A stretch of 64,000 nucleotides of DNA from an uncultured bacterium (GCA_964439935.1 CAYTPW010000003.1:16743-80742); one strand, 5' to 3'. Positions 27,084-38,691 are shown, counted from the stretch's first letter. Notes: generated by a model not told the origin, from the letters alone. Numbers and translations are program-made.

Positions 27084-27479
27084 ATGGTAAAGAAGCAATA
27101 TTCTGCACAAAAATTGGAAAAATTTCGTAAGCTGATTCTGGACAAGATGAACGTAGTTGCAGACGAAGTAGTTACTATCCAGAACGGAATAAATACATCA
27201 AAAAATCCGAACGGCGCAATGTCCCAGGATTCAATCTATAGTGTTCATATGGCGGATGCCGGAACTGATTCCCATGAAAGGGAAAAAAGTTATCTGCTAA
27301 TGACGCGGGAAGAAAATTATTACCGCAATTTAAGTGTTGCCCTTGAGCGAATTGAAACCAAAGAATTTGGAACTTGTATCATCTGTGGAGAACTCATTCC
27401 GGAAGAACGGATGAAGGAAGTGCCCAATGCCAATAAATGTGTCGCCTGTAAAATGAAGGATAAACTAAATCCGGTATGA
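27084..27479 (+). CDS. DksA/TraR-family C4 zinc-finger protein
   Basis: C-terminal CIICGELIPEERMKEVPNANKCVACK (CxxC-17-CxxC). I prefer the ATG at 27084 (GAGG 6 nt upstream). The track's GTG at 27072 would overlap the ileS stop by 4 nt. Confidence 0.8.
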   Translation: MVKKQYSAQKLEKFRKLILDKMNVVADEVVTIQNGINTSKNPNGAMSQDSIYSVHMADAGTDSHEREKSYLLMTREENYYRNLSVALERIETKEFGTCIICGELIPEERMKEVPNANKCVACKMKDKLNPV

Positions 27480-27952
27480 GGGTCCTGTACGCCACTGTAT
27501 CTTTAATTATACTTGATCAAATCACTAAAATAATTACCCGGGCGAAAATGGACCTGCACGAGTCCATTCCGGTTATTCAGGATTTTTTTCACCTGACCTA
27601 TGTTTCTAATGATGGTATGGCTTTTGGAATTAATTTCCCGGCCGGTATCTATGTTTTTACTACTGTCTCTTTCATTGCCTCAATCGGTATAGCCTGGTAT
27701 CTCTGGACCGTCCGTACCGAGAATTTTCTTTTGCGGTTGTCTCTGGCGTTCATCCTGGCCGGTGCCATTGGTAATCTAATTGATCGAATATTATTCGGAG
27801 AAGTTGCCGATTTTTTCGATTTCATATTTTGGGGTCATCATTTCCCGGTATTTAATATAGCTGATTCTTCAGTCACGGTCGGTATGATCTTTTTTCTTTA
27901 TTTCACGCTGATTATTCAACCAAAACTGGAAACCGCCCAGCAGCAGAGTTGA
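27476..27952 (+). CDS. lspA: lipoprotein signal peptidase II
   Basis: NDGMAFG, GAIGNLIDR and FNIADSSVTVG blocks, with four hydrophobic helices. ATGA overlap with the upstream gene. Confidence 0.9.
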   Translation: MRVLYATVSLIILDQITKIITRAKMDLHESIPVIQDFFHLTYVSNDGMAFGINFPAGIYVFTTVSFIASIGIAWYLWTVRTENFLLRLSLAFILAGAIGNLIDRILFGEVADFFDFIFWGHHFPVFNIADSSVTVGMIFFLYFTLIIQPKLETAQQQS

Positions 27953-28917
27953 AGTCTGTTACTTTAAAAGTACAGGCACAGGATAAAATACGACTGGACA
28001 AGTATTTATCCACTCAGCTGGCAGATTACTCCCGCACCTGCATCCAGGAGCATATTAAATCCGGTTATGTAACCGTTAACGGACGACCCGAGAAAGCAAG
28101 CTTTCAGTTAGTTGGAACTGAAGAGATCGTCTTTAATATCATAGATACCAAACCAGCTACTACTTCTGTCGAACCGCAGCCGATGGAGTTAGATATTATA
28201 TTTGAAGATCCTGCCATAGCAGTGATCAACAAACCGGCCGGATTGGTGGTGCATCCCGGAAAAGGTCATCACGAAGGTACTTTAGCTAATGGTTTAGCCT
28301 ACCATTTCAAGAAATTATCGGATCTAAATGGTAATCTCCGTCCCGGTATTGTCCATCGCTTGGATAAGGATACTTCCGGTCTTATTATTATAGCTAAGAA
28401 CAATTCTATTCATAATTACCTGGCGCAATTATTTGCAAACCGGCAGATTGAAAAAACTTATCTGGGCATTACCTGGGGTGAGTGGGCGATGAAATCGGGA
28501 CGGATTGATATCGGAATACGCCGGCAACGATCTGATCCGACCCGGTTCGAGGCTGTAGAGGGAGGCAAATCAGCGATCACTGATTTCAAGGTGATCGATA
28601 CTTATCGCTATCTCAGTCATGTTGAGTTTCGACCGTTGACGGGGCGTACTCACCAAATTCGGGTTCATTCGGCACATTCCGGATTTGCTATTTTCGCCGA
28701 TTCAGTGTATAATGGAGGTGCGAATCGTACCAGAGGGTATATACCTGAGGTAAGGAAAATTCTACAGAGATTATTGAATACAATCAATCGTCATGCCCTG
28801 CACGCACACTGGATCAGGTTCCAACATCCGGTATCGGGGGAAATGGTCCAGTTTGAGGCGTCTTTACCAGAGGATATGAATTATTTATTATCGGAATTGA
28901 ATAGCCTCAATGGATAA
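27949..28917 (+). CDS. rluD: RluA-family 23S rRNA pseudouridine synthase (RluD-like, with S4 domain)
   Basis: N-terminal S4-like RLDKYLS, catalytic HRLDKDTSGLIIIAK and THQIRVH. TTG start overlapping the lspA stop. Confidence 0.85.
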   Translation: MKSVTLKVQAQDKIRLDKYLSTQLADYSRTCIQEHIKSGYVTVNGRPEKASFQLVGTEEIVFNIIDTKPATTSVEPQPMELDIIFEDPAIAVINKPAGLVVHPGKGHHEGTLANGLAYHFKKLSDLNGNLRPGIVHRLDKDTSGLIIIAKNNSIHNYLAQLFANRQIEKTYLGITWGEWAMKSGRIDIGIRRQRSDPTRFEAVEGGKSAITDFKVIDTYRYLSHVEFRPLTGRTHQIRVHSAHSGFAIFADSVYNGGANRTRGYIPEVRKILQRLLNTINRHALHAHWIRFQHPVSGEMVQFEASLPEDMNYLLSELNSLNG

Positions 28918-29833
28918 TTCTAATCTTTATTTAATTGATGATTTTCTGACCTACATAACCAAAGAACGTAATTACTCCCCAAAAACCAGTCTGGCTTACG
29001 CCCATGATTTAAAGCGATTCCAGAATTTTTATCTATCATACGCCGGTTCAGGTACTGAAACATATTCCGAGGTTGATAAAACTGCAATCAGGCATTTTCT
29101 GGGAGCTGAATTTGAGAATGGTTTTTCCAGTCGCACTGTAGCCCGCCGGTTAGCATCGTTGAAATCCTTCTTTAAATACCTTCAGAAGGCAGAAGTTTTA
29201 CTAACAAATCCCAGCATCGACATTAAGACGCCGCGAACACCCCGTTCCCTGCCCACCGTTTGCTCAGAGAAACTGATCGATCAGTTAATGGCTATTCCAG
29301 TAACTGATACTTTAACCGGGCTGTGTGACCGGGCGATCTTAGAATTGTTTTATAGCACCGGTATCCGGCTCAGTGAGCTGGCAGATCTGAATCTGGGAGA
29401 TGTTGACTTTAAGAATCTATTGATAAAAGTTACCGGCAAGGGGAATAAACAAAGAATTATCCCCTTTGGTTTAACTGCTAAAAAATCCTTGGAACATTAT
29501 CTTCGGGAACGTGGTATCACCAATCTTCATCCGCGACGACAACAACCACTATTTATGAACCACAGAAAGCAGCGTATTTCGGTAAGAACCATTCAACGCC
29601 ACGTCAATCAGTATTTGCGTCTACTGATGGAAGGTGAGAATCTGGGACCGCACACACTGCGACATAGTTTTGCAACTCATCTGCTGAACAAAGGGGCGGA
29701 CATACGATCAGTTAAGGATTTGTTAGGTCACAGTAGTCTGTCTTCTACTCAGATTTACACTCATTTACAACCGGATCGAATCAAGAAAATCCATCGTCAG
29801 GCTCACCCCCATGGAGGCAGGAGCCATAAATAA
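28910..29833 (+). CDS. tyrosine recombinase XerC/XerD family
   Basis: N-terminal SAM-like FLTYITKERNYSPKTSLAYAHDLKRF. Catalytic box HTLRHSFATHLL...GHSSLSSTQIYTH. 8-nt overlap with rluD, so it is embedded in a housekeeping operon. Confidence 0.85.
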   Translation: MDNSNLYLIDDFLTYITKERNYSPKTSLAYAHDLKRFQNFYLSYAGSGTETYSEVDKTAIRHFLGAEFENGFSSRTVARRLASLKSFFKYLQKAEVLLTNPSIDIKTPRTPRSLPTVCSEKLIDQLMAIPVTDTLTGLCDRAILELFYSTGIRLSELADLNLGDVDFKNLLIKVTGKGNKQRIIPFGLTAKKSLEHYLRERGITNLHPRRQQPLFMNHRKQRISVRTIQRHVNQYLRLLMEGENLGPHTLRHSFATHLLNKGADIRSVKDLLGHSSLSSTQIYTHLQPDRIKKIHRQAHPHGGRSHK

Positions 29834-29931
29834 TATAATTTACCATTTATACAGTCGGTATTGGAACATGATTTGTCCCTGGTATGACGTATCAAACCAG
29901 ATCAACGCTAAATAAAATGAAAGGTAATAAT

Positions 29932-30219
29932 ATGATAATTGAATTCACAGCCCGTCATTTCAAGGCACCCGATCAACTCAAACAATATGCTGAAACTGAA
30001 ATGCTACGCTTGAACCGCTATTTCGATCGGATTACCCAGGGACAAATTATCCTGATGCATGAGAATAATTCTTATTCAGCGGAGATAAATCTCTCAGTCC
30101 CGAGTGACAAATTGAATGTGAAGGAATCATCAGATAATATTACTAAAAGTATTGATCGCGCCGTTAACACAATGATTACCCGGGTAAAAAAGTATAAGCA
30201 GAAAATAAAACGTTATTGA
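29932..30219 (+). CDS. hpf: ribosome hibernation promoting factor (short HPF/RaiA)
   Basis: MIIEFTARHFKAPDQLKQYAETEMLRLNRYFDRI is the typical sigma54-modulation/S30EA N-terminus. I chose the ATG at 29932 (AAAGG 8 nt upstream) rather than the track start at 29884. Confidence 0.8.
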   Translation: MIIEFTARHFKAPDQLKQYAETEMLRLNRYFDRITQGQIILMHENNSYSAEINLSVPSDKLNVKESSDNITKSIDRAVNTMITRVKKYKQKIKRY

Positions 30220-30240
30220 TCATTCGCACAGGACTGAAGT

Positions 30241-31155
30241 TTGAAAATTATAATTCCGGTAGCGGGTTATGGCACCAGGCTGAAGCCCCATACTGATAGT
30301 ATACAGAAAGCATTATTACCAGTTGCTGGAAAATCGGTACTAGACCATATTGTTGAAGATCTGTTTGATTCTGGCTTTAACCAAATCAGTTTTATTGTAG
30401 GTCATCTTGGTGAGCAGATTGAAAATCATATGATCCGGTATACGGGTGAATTTTCATTTATTAAACAAACCGAACGCCTGGGCTTGGGGCATGCGGTGCT
30501 GCAGGGGCTGGAAAATGTAGATGAGCCGGTTCTGGTCCACCTGGGGGACGCTGTCTACAAGTATCAGTTTTCAACACTGAAATCGCTGGGAGTAAACGGG
30601 ATTGCTGTTCTGCCTGTAGCTGATCCTTCACGTTTTGGCGTTGTTGAAACCAGCGGTGACCGGATCATTGGATTTCACGAAAAAGTAGCTGATCCGCCCA
30701 GCAATCTGGCAATAATCGGATTGTATTATTTCCGAAGTGAAGCGCGTTTGAAGCAAGCCCTCGAATATCTGATTCAAAATGATCTGCGACACAAAGGTGA
30801 ATTTCAAATAACTGATGCAATGGAAATCATGCTCAAATGGGGTGATCAGTTTAAGGTTCTCACTGACGCTAAATGGTATGATGCCGGTGTGCCCGAAACT
30901 TACCTGGAAACCAACCGTTTACTGCTGGAGTCCAGTCATGACGAATACCCGGGTGTGAAGTTCAGGGAACCGGTATTTGTCGGGGAAAACTGTTCAATTT
31001 CAAATTCGATCATTGGTCCCAATGTGACTATCATGGAAAATTGTACTGTGGCTGACTGTGAGATTGAGGATAGTATAGTATTGGCTGATTCCAACCTCAA
31101 GAATCAATCGTATGTTTCTAAAATTGTTGCCGAAGATGGTTCAAAAATATGCTGA
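30241..31155 (+). CDS. sugar-phosphate nucleotidyltransferase with C-terminal left-handed beta-helix
   Basis: TTG start. IIPVAGYGTRLKP (GxGTRxxP) and the LGDAV / GVVE blocks. C-terminal hexapeptide-like IGPNVTIMENCTVADCEIEDSIV. Confidence 0.75.
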   Translation: MKIIIPVAGYGTRLKPHTDSIQKALLPVAGKSVLDHIVEDLFDSGFNQISFIVGHLGEQIENHMIRYTGEFSFIKQTERLGLGHAVLQGLENVDEPVLVHLGDAVYKYQFSTLKSLGVNGIAVLPVADPSRFGVVETSGDRIIGFHEKVADPPSNLAIIGLYYFRSEARLKQALEYLIQNDLRHKGEFQITDAMEIMLKWGDQFKVLTDAKWYDAGVPETYLETNRLLLESSHDEYPGVKFREPVFVGENCSISNSIIGPNVTIMENCTVADCEIEDSIVLADSNLKNQSYVSKIVAEDGSKIC

Positions 31156-31266
31156 ATAGGCACCGGAAAAGACTTTGAATCAACAGTAAAACTGATTAAA
31201 ATCGCCCCTGTCGGGATTTGAGCCATATTGCTCCGACGTTAAATAATGCAGCTAAAAAGGCCAACC

Positions 31267-31291
31267 AGCCGGTTTTAGCGCCGGCTTTTTT
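31267..31291 (+). promoter_or_regulatory. GC hairpin plus U-tract ending 4 nt before the metH ATG (terminator of the upstream gene and/or attenuator/RBS-masking element)
   Basis: AGCCGG (31267-31272) pairs with CCGGCT (31281-31286), followed by TTTTTATT. No purine-rich SD lies between the hairpin and the ATG at 31295. Confidence 0.4.
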
Positions 31292-31294
31292 ATT

Positions 31295-34200
31295 ATGGAT
31301 AACTTAACAGAAATATTGCAGCAGCGCATCCTGTTCCTGGACGGGGCTATGGGCACTATGATCCAGGCTAATAATTTGGAGGAAACCGATTTCCGGGGTG
31401 AAAAATTCAAGAATCATTCAATCGATCTCCTGGGGAATAACGATATTCTCAACTTGACCCGACCGGATGTTGTCGAATCGATTTACCGGGCTTATTTAGA
31501 ATCCGGGGCTGATATTATTGAGACCAACACTTTCAGCGCCAATGCCATCTCTCAGTCTGACTTTCAGCTTGAGGACCAGGTCTATAATATGAATCTGGAG
31601 GCAGCCAGGCTGGCTCGCCAGGCAGCAGATGATTTTACCGACCAAAAAGCTGAAAAACCTCGATTTGTCGCCGGTGTACTGGGACCGACTAACCGTACGG
31701 CAACCCTATCACCTGATGTTGAGCGCCCCGGGTACCGGGCAGTAAATTTTGATCAACTGAAGGAGGCCTACGCTACCCAGGTGGCTGCCTTATTGGAAGG
31801 TCTGGTCGATATACTATTGGTCGAAACAGTTTTCGATACGCTTAATTGTAAAGCTGCCCTATTTGCCATACAAGAGTATTTTTATGACCATGATTGCTCG
31901 GTGCCAATTATGGTATCGGGGACAATTACCGATGCCAGCGGGCGAACCTTATCAGGCCAGACTCTGGAGGCTTTCTGGAATTCGATTAGTCATGCAAATC
32001 TATTCTGTGTTGGTTTGAATTGTTCTTTAGGCGCCGAGGAATTGCGTCCTTACCTGCGCGAATTATCCGAGATTGCTAATACATTTGTGTCAATCCATCC
32101 CAATGCCGGATTGCCTAATGAATTGGGTGAATATGATCAATCGCCAGAAAATATGTCCCATCTGATCGGTGATTTTGCCACCAATAGGTTAGTAAACATA
32201 GTTGGCGGTTGTTGCGGAACGACCCCAGATCATATAAAAGCGATTGTCGAAACCGTTGCAAGTAAAAAGCCACGAAAAATTCCGGTGATACCCGAATTTA
32301 CCCGCCTTAGTGGTCTGGAAGCGCTTACAATTCAGCCCGATTCCCTGTTTGTCAATATTGGTGAGCGTACCAACGTTGCCGGTTCAACGCGTTTTGCCCG
32401 TTTGATTCGCGAAGGGAATTATGAGCGGGCACTCGAAATTGCCCGTCAACAGATTGATAATGGAGCTCAGATTATTGACATAAATATTGATGATGCCATG
32501 CTGGATTCGGCCGCAGTAATGGAAATATTCCTGAATATGATTGCGTCTGATCCCGGTATCAGTAAGGTGCCAATCATGCTGGATTCATCTGACTGGGAGG
32601 TGCTGGAGCGAGGTCTAAAATGCCTGCAGGGTAAAGGCATTGTCAATTCGATCAGCCTTAAAGATGGTGAAAAACTGTTTCTGCAACGGGCACGACTGAT
32701 CCGGAATTACGGTGCTGCTGTTATAATAATGGCTTTTGATGAAAATGGGCAAGCCGAAACATATGATCGCAAGATTTCAATCTGTCGGCACGCTTTTAAC
32801 CTGCTGACCAATCAGCTTGGATTTCCCGCCCAGGATATAATTTTTGACCCCAATATATTCGCTGTTGCCACAGGAATTGAAGAACATAATTCCTATGCGG
32901 CTGATTATATTGCTGCCTGCCGTACGATTAAGCAGGAATTTCCCAATGCTCTGGTCAGCGGTGGTGTAAGCAATATTTCCTTTGCTTTTCGTGGTAATAA
33001 TGCAATTCGGGAAGCGATTCATTCAGTCTTTCTTTATCACGCTGTCCAGGCTGGTATGGATATGGGAATTGTGAATGCCGGTCAATTGGCGGTCCATGAT
33101 GATATACCGGATGAATTACGACAAATTGTTGAGGATGTTATTCTGAACCGAAATCCACAGGCAGTCGAGCAATTAACGAAACTGGCGGTGAAATTTCGGC
33201 AATCCGAACCTATCAAAACGGCCAAAGCGGAATGGCGCGAGCAGGCCGTTGAAGAGCGGATTAAGTATGCACTTGTTGAAGGTTTAGCTGATTTTATTGA
33301 GCAGGATGTTGAGGAATTACGATTAAAATCCGGTCGTGCACTTTCGATAATAGAAGGTACATTGATGGAGGGTATGCGATCGGTCGGTGATTTGTTCAGC
33401 AGTGGAAAAATGTTTCTTCCACAAGTTGTAAAAAGTGCCCGCGTTATGAAAAAGGCTGTAGCCTATCTGGTTCCGTTTGTTGAAGAAGAAAGGCAGAAAA
33501 ACGGTAATGCATTTCCGGTACGTGCAAAAATCCTTTTGGCAACCGTTAAGGGTGATGTGCACGATATAGGAAAGAATATTGTTGCGGTAGTGCTGGGATG
33601 TAATAATTATGAAATTATTGATCTGGGGGTAATGGTTCCAGCTGATCAGATTTTGACAGAGGCAATCAAACACCAGGTCGATATTATTGGCCTGAGCGGG
33701 TTGATAACTCCTTCACTGATAGAAATGACCCGGGTCGCCAGAGAAATGAATCACCGGAAGCTAAAAATACCATTGTTGATCGGCGGAGCAACAACTTCTC
33801 AAATACATACAGCCGTTAAAATCGATCCCGAATATTCGGGACCGGTCATTCATGTTACCGATGCTTCAAGAAGTGTGGATACGGTTAATCAGTTATTAAG
33901 TGACGAATCAACAGCCGGATTTGTTGAATCGACAGATCAATCATACCGCCAAATAAGGAAAACATATAAAGCACGGCGCGTAGCAACCAGCCTGCTGTCA
34001 ATTGGTGAAGCTCGCCGTAATCATTTCAAGATTGATAGGAAAGATTATCAACCACCGCGGCCGGCTGTCCGGGAACGCCAGGTATACAGAAATTTCCCCC
34101 TGGAAAAACTGGTGCCATACATAGATTGGACTCCCTTCTTTCATGTTTGGGAGTTGAAAGGCCGATATCCTGCTATTTTAAATAACAACAGTTTTGGTAC

Positions 34201-34987
34201 TCAAGCACGGGAGCTGCTGGAGAACGGACAGGACTGGTTGGAGCGACTCAGCTCCGAAAAACTGATTGAGGCACGTTCAGTGTCCGCTTTTTTCCCAGCA
34301 AATTCGAATGGTGATGATATTCTGGTTTACGCTGATAAATTACGTTCAAATCCAATAGCCACACTATTTGGTTTACGACAACAGACCGATCACAAACTTA
34401 AACGATCCAATATTTGTCTAAGCGATTATGTCGTGCCTCAAGATTTTGGACTAAATGATTGGATTGGTGGCTTTGTAGTCAGCGCTGGTTTTGGTGTCAA
34501 GCAATTAGTTAAACAATTGCGTGCGGAAAATGACGTATACGGTGTAACTATGGTCCAGGCCCTGGCCGATCGGCTGGCTGAGGCATTTGCGGAATATCTG
34601 CACGAATTGACACGCCGGGAATTTTGGGGCTATGCTGCTGGTGAAAAATTAGATAATGACCAGTTAATCAGGGAAAATTATCGGGGCATACGTCCCGCGC
34701 CCGGTTACCCGGCATGCCCGGACCATTCGGAAAAGGGGACCTTATTCAATCTGCTAGATGTCGAACAGGAAATCGGTGTTAATTTGACAGAAAATTATGC
34801 TATGGATCCGGCTGCTACTGTCAGCGGGTGGTACCTGTCACATCCCGAAGCGCGGTATTTCAGTGTCGGTAAACTGGATCGTGACCAGATTGAGGATTAC
34901 GCTGATCGTAAAGGAATGAATTTGAGTGTGATTGAAGAATTATTAAGCCAAAATCTGGCCTATGAACCCTCCCGGATAAAAGTATGA
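31295..34987 (+). CDS. metH: cobalamin-dependent methionine synthase
   Basis: Hcy-binding [10 protein letters not shown] and [11 protein letters not shown], a pterin-binding domain, the B12-binding [10 protein letters not shown] (DxHxxG) with SGL and GGA blocks, and a C-terminal AdoMet-activation domain. 1230 aa. Confidence 0.95.
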   Translation: MDNLTEILQQRILFLDGAMGTMIQANNLEETDFRGEKFKNHSIDLLGNNDILNLTRPDVVESIYRAYLESGADIIETNTFSANAISQSDFQLEDQVYNMNLEAARLARQAADDFTDQKAEKPRFVAGVLGPTNRTATLSPDVERPGYRAVNFDQLKEAYATQVAALLEGLVDILLVETVFDTLNCKAALFAIQEYFYDHDCSVPIMVSGTITDASGRTLSGQTLEAFWNSISHANLFCVGLNCSLGAEELRPYLRELSEIANTFVSIHPNAGLPNELGEYDQSPENMSHLIGDFATNRLVNIVGGCCGTTPDHIKAIVETVASKKPRKIPVIPEFTRLSGLEALTIQPDSLFVNIGERTNVAGSTRFARLIREGNYERALEIARQQIDNGAQIIDINIDDAMLDSAAVMEIFLNMIASDPGISKVPIMLDSSDWEVLERGLKCLQGKGIVNSISLKDGEKLFLQRARLIRNYGAAVIIMAFDENGQAETYDRKISICRHAFNLLTNQLGFPAQDIIFDPNIFAVATGIEEHNSYAADYIAACRTIKQEFPNALVSGGVSNISFAFRGNNAIREAIHSVFLYHAVQAGMDMGIVNAGQLAVHDDIPDELRQIVEDVILNRNPQAVEQLTKLAVKFRQSEPIKTAKAEWREQAVEERIKYALVEGLADFIEQDVEELRLKSGRALSIIEGTLMEGMRSVGDLFSSGKMFLPQVVKSARVMKKAVAYLVPFVEEERQKNGNAFPVRAKILLATVKGDVHDIGKNIVAVVLGCNNYEIIDLGVMVPADQILTEAIKHQVDIIGLSGLITPSLIEMTRVAREMNHRKLKIPLLIGGATTSQIHTAVKIDPEYSGPVIHVTDASRSVDTVNQLLSDESTAGFVESTDQSYRQIRKTYKARRVATSLLSIGEARRNHFKIDRKDYQPPRPAVRERQVYRNFPLEKLVPYIDWTPFFHVWELKGRYPAILNNNSFGTQARELLENGQDWLERLSSEKLIEARSVSAFFPANSNGDDILVYADKLRSNPIATLFGLRQQTDHKLKRSNICLSDYVVPQDFGLNDWIGGFVVSAGFGVKQLVKQLRAENDVYGVTMVQALADRLAEAFAEYLHELTRREFWGYAAGEKLDNDQLIRENYRGIRPAPGYPACPDHSEKGTLFNLLDVEQEIGVNLTENYAMDPAATVSGWYLSHPEARYFSVGKLDRDQIEDYADRKGMNLSVIEELLSQNLAYEPSRIKV

Positions 34988-35009
34988 AACAAATTACAAT
35001 GGTAAAATT

Positions 35010-35954
35010 ATGAAGGTTATCGAGCATATTGAGCGCGCCCAATCGCCATTATTCAGTTATGAAATTATTCCTCCTCCCCGTGGAAAAAGTGCCCAGGAAA
35101 TCATTGATATTGTCAAATTGCTGCAGTCCTATGATCCACCCTACATTGATGTGACCAGCCATTCTGCTGAAGCCACCTACGAAGAACGAGATGATGGCAC
35201 GATTAAGCGGCGCATCCGTAAAAAACGGCCCGGAACCATCAGTATCTGTGGCATTATTCAGAATCGTTTCAAGATTGATACTGTAGCCCATTTATTATGC
35301 CGAGGTTTTACGCAGGAAGAAACAGAGGATGCATTGATCGAATTAAATTACCTGGGGATTGAAAATGTGCTGGCGGTTCGTGGCGACGAGACGAATTACA
35401 AGAAAATGCACAGTAAGGATCGTAGTATTAATTTATATACCAGTGATCTCGTAGTCCAGATTGGAAAAATGAATCGGGGTCAGTATCTGGAAGAATTATT
35501 AAATGCCGAACCGACTAATTTTTGCATCGGTGTCGGCGGTTACCCGGAAAAACATTTTGAAGCACCCAATTTGAAAACCGATATTGATCATTTGAAATCC
35601 AAGGTGGCTATCGGTGCGGAGTATATTGTTACGCAGATGTTTTTCAATAACCAGGTCTATTTTGATTTTGTAGAACTTTGTCGAAACGCTGGAATCGATG
35701 TACCTGTAATCCCCGGTATAAAAGTTATTAATCAACTTTCCCAATTAAAAAATATTCCTCGTAATTTCCACGTTGATTTACCGGATGAACTGGTAGATGA
35801 GATTCAAGAGAATCCATCTCATATCAAAGAGATCGGCTTCGAATGGGCTTATAAACAATGTGTTGAATTATTGAACTGTGGTATAACAAACCTGCATTTC
35901 TACATAATGAATGATGCTACCGTTATCACCAGAATTATTGATCAATTGAATTAA
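35010..35954 (+). CDS. metF: 5,10-methylenetetrahydrofolate reductase
   Basis: FSYEIIPPPRG, HLLCRG, LAVRGD, GGYPEKH and AEYIVTQMFF blocks. Confidence 0.9.
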   Translation: MKVIEHIERAQSPLFSYEIIPPPRGKSAQEIIDIVKLLQSYDPPYIDVTSHSAEATYEERDDGTIKRRIRKKRPGTISICGIIQNRFKIDTVAHLLCRGFTQEETEDALIELNYLGIENVLAVRGDETNYKKMHSKDRSINLYTSDLVVQIGKMNRGQYLEELLNAEPTNFCIGVGGYPEKHFEAPNLKTDIDHLKSKVAIGAEYIVTQMFFNNQVYFDFVELCRNAGIDVPVIPGIKVINQLSQLKNIPRNFHVDLPDELVDEIQENPSHIKEIGFEWAYKQCVELLNCGITNLHFYIMNDATVITRIIDQLN

Positions 35955-36004
35955 AGGTATGAACCAGCAAGAAATAATATGAATAATGAAACTAAGGAGT
36001 TATT

Positions 36005-37180
36005 ATGAGTCGATTCTTATTTACCTCAGAATCTGTTACCGAAGGACACCCCGATAAAGTTTGTGATGCGATATCGGATGCGATTTTGGATGATTTACTG
36101 CGCCAGGATCCCAATTCACACGTAGCCTGTGAAACACTGGTTACCAAAGGGCTGGTCGTCGTATCCGGCGAAGTTAGCACCAATGGATTTGCTGAAGTTG
36201 AGGCAATTGTGAAGCAAACACTCGAGGAAATTGGGTATGTCGATCAGGCCTATGGTATGGATAGCGACGAGGTCCGTGTTTTATCCCTGTTACATCATCA
36301 GAGTGGTGATATTGCCCGGGGTGTTGACCAGGATCAGGAACGCGAACAGGGGGCTGGAGATCAGGGTTTGATGTTCGGATTTGCCTGTCGGGAAACGCCG
36401 GAGTTAATGCCATTACCGATTCAATTAGCACAGCAACTCACTGCCCGGTTGGCAGAATTGCGCAAGAATGGTAAACTGGACTGGCTGCGACCGGATGGAA
36501 AATCGCAGGTAACGGTGGAATACGAAGGTGTGAAACCGGTAAAAATAGAAAAGGTCGTGATTGCAACCCAGCATGATGATATGGCTGATCGTTTTGGGGA
36601 TGAAAGCAAGGAGCATGATTTTATATCTGAACAAATTATTGAAAATATTATCAAGCCGGTTCTGGATCAGACCGGGTTACCCTACACTGATAAATTCATC
36701 GTGAATGGCACCGGTCGTTTCGTAAAAGGCGGACCGGATGCTGATACCGGCCTCACTGGACGGAAAATTATTGTAGATACATATGGTGGTTATGCTCCGC
36801 ACGGTGGTGGTGCCTTCAGTGGGAAGGATCCTTCTAAGGTCGATCGTTCCGGAACTTATATGGCCCGCTATATTGCCAAGAATATCGTTGCCGCCGATCT
36901 GGCTGAGCGCTGTGAGGTCCAGCTATCATACAGCATCGGTGTGGCTGAACCGACTTCTCTCAGTGTCCGCACGTTCGGCACTGGGAATATTAACGATGAA
37001 CGAATCACCGAAATTGTTCGAGAAGTATTTCCCCTGAAACCGCGGCAAATCATCCAGCATTTAGAACTGAAACAACCACGTTACCGCGAAACAGCCGCCT
37101 ATGGTCACTTTGGTCGGAATGGTGATAATTTCTCCTGGGAAAAAACAGACCTTGTCGATCGTTTGAAAACCTATTTGTAA
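36005..37180 (+). CDS. metK: S-adenosylmethionine synthetase
   Basis: [53 protein letters not shown]. Confidence 0.97.
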   Translation: MSRFLFTSESVTEGHPDKVCDAISDAILDDLLRQDPNSHVACETLVTKGLVVVSGEVSTNGFAEVEAIVKQTLEEIGYVDQAYGMDSDEVRVLSLLHHQSGDIARGVDQDQEREQGAGDQGLMFGFACRETPELMPLPIQLAQQLTARLAELRKNGKLDWLRPDGKSQVTVEYEGVKPVKIEKVVIATQHDDMADRFGDESKEHDFISEQIIENIIKPVLDQTGLPYTDKFIVNGTGRFVKGGPDADTGLTGRKIIVDTYGGYAPHGGGAFSGKDPSKVDRSGTYMARYIAKNIVAADLAERCEVQLSYSIGVAEPTSLSVRTFGTGNINDERITEIVREVFPLKPRQIIQHLELKQPRYRETAAYGHFGRNGDNFSWEKTDLVDRLKTYL

Positions 37181-37194
37181 AATTGGAATAAAAT

Positions 37195-38640
37195 ATGAGT
37201 GTTTTGGAAAGTACAGTTAAATCTATTGTTGATTTACCCTACAAGATCAAGGATGTCAGCTTAGCAGAGTCCGGCCGTAAAGCAATATCGATGGCGGAAA
37301 AAGAGATGCCGGGTCTGATGGCTACCCGCCGGAAATACGGTGCCGAACAGCCTCTGAAAGGTTTGCGGATCAGTGGCTCATTGCACATGACTGTTGAAAC
37401 GGCTGTTTTAATCGAAACATTGCATGACCTTGGCGCTGATGTCCGTTGGGCCAGTTGTAATATTTTCTCAACCCAGGATCATGCAGCAGCAGCAATTGCC
37501 GCCCGGGGAGTACCTGTTTTTGCCTGGAAGGGTGAAACACTGGACGAATACTGGTGGTGTACCCGTCAGGCGCTGACATTTCCAGGTAATTTAGGACCGC
37601 AATTAATTGTTGATGACGGTGGCGATGCCACTATGATGATCCACCGGGGAGTCGAGTTGGAACGGGAGTTGGCTGAAAAGGGCGAACTTTCGCCTGATAA
37701 TTCCGAAAGCGGGGATGAAAAAGCACTGGTTACCAATCTGCGCGATGCGTTGTTAACTGAACCGGATCACTGGCAGAAGATTGTAAAGGACATTTTCGGT
37801 GTCTCAGAAGAAACGACGACTGGTGTCCATCGTTTGGAACAAATGGCAGCCGCTGGTACATTACTTTTTGCGGCTTACAATGTCAATGATTCAGTAACCA
37901 AATCAAAATTTGACAATATCTATGGTTGCCGGGAATCATTGGCTGATGGGATAAAACGTGCTACTGATGTCATGATCGCCGGTAAGACGGTAGTTATCTG
38001 TGGCTACGGCGATGTTGGTCGGGGTTGCGCTCAATCCATGCGAGGTTATGGTGCCAAAGTGCTGGTAACTGAAATTGATCCGATCTGCGCCCTGCAGGCC
38101 GCAATGGAGGGTTACCGGGTGGTTACGCTGGAACAGAGTCTGAAAGAAGGCAATATTTTTGTTACCGCGACCGGTAATATCGATGTAATAACATTCGAGC
38201 ATATGGAACAAATGAATGACCAGTCAATTGTCTGTAATATTGGTCATTTCGATAATGAGATCCAGGTAGAACCGTTGAATGCGGCTCCTCAAGTAAAACG
38301 TGATATAATCAAACCCCAGGTTGATCGGTATACATTTCCTGACGGCCATCAGATTTTCATGTTGGCCGAGGGACGCCTGGTCAATCTCGGTTGCGCCACC
38401 GGCCACCCCAGCTTTGTTATGTCCAATTCCTTTACTAATCAGATTTTGGCACAAATAGCTCTGGCAAAAGACCGACCGGCAACCGGCGTTTATCGATTAC
38501 CGAAAGAGCTTGACGAAGAAGTGGCTCGTTTACATCTCGATCATCTTGGTGTCACTTTAACTGAGTTAAGCGATAAACAAGCTGCTTATCTTGGAATACC
38601 CAAGGAAGGCCCATATAAATCAGAACATTATCGTTATTAA
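37195..38640 (+). CDS. ahcY: adenosylhomocysteinase
   Basis: [19 protein letters not shown] site [22 protein letters not shown] and the C-terminal YRY. Confidence 0.97.
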   Translation: MSVLESTVKSIVDLPYKIKDVSLAESGRKAISMAEKEMPGLMATRRKYGAEQPLKGLRISGSLHMTVETAVLIETLHDLGADVRWASCNIFSTQDHAAAAIAARGVPVFAWKGETLDEYWWCTRQALTFPGNLGPQLIVDDGGDATMMIHRGVELERELAEKGELSPDNSESGDEKALVTNLRDALLTEPDHWQKIVKDIFGVSEETTTGVHRLEQMAAAGTLLFAAYNVNDSVTKSKFDNIYGCRESLADGIKRATDVMIAGKTVVICGYGDVGRGCAQSMRGYGAKVLVTEIDPICALQAAMEGYRVVTLEQSLKEGNIFVTATGNIDVITFEHMEQMNDQSIVCNIGHFDNEIQVEPLNAAPQVKRDIIKPQVDRYTFPDGHQIFMLAEGRLVNLGCATGHPSFVMSNSFTNQILAQIALAKDRPATGVYRLPKELDEEVARLHLDHLGVTLTELSDKQAAYLGIPKEGPYKSEHYRY

Positions 38641-38657
38641 TTCTACTGCGAAAGTGT

Positions 38658-38691
38658 AAAAAACACTCCGTTTCGACGGAGTGTTTTTTTT
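38658..38691 (+). terminator. strong rho-independent terminator after ahcY
   Basis: CACTCCGT (38664-38671) pairs with ACGGAGTG (38676-38683) around a TTCG tetraloop. It is flanked by an A-run upstream and T8 downstream. Confidence 0.85.

Noticed and set aside
28910-29833. Tyrosine recombinase as a possible marker of an integrated mobile element
   Set aside because: It has the XerC/XerD-type N- and C-terminal motifs. It overlaps rluD by 8 nt inside the ileS-lspA housekeeping operon and is followed by hpf. No att-like direct repeats, tRNA, phage or transposon genes lie nearby.
31156-31294. Cobalamin or SAM-I riboswitch in front of metH
   Set aside because: I found no B12-box-like GCCACTG core and no SAM-I-type four-way-junction consensus by eye. 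Only a generic hairpin plus U-tract is supportable. I kept it as an unclassified leader finding rather than an ncRNA feature.
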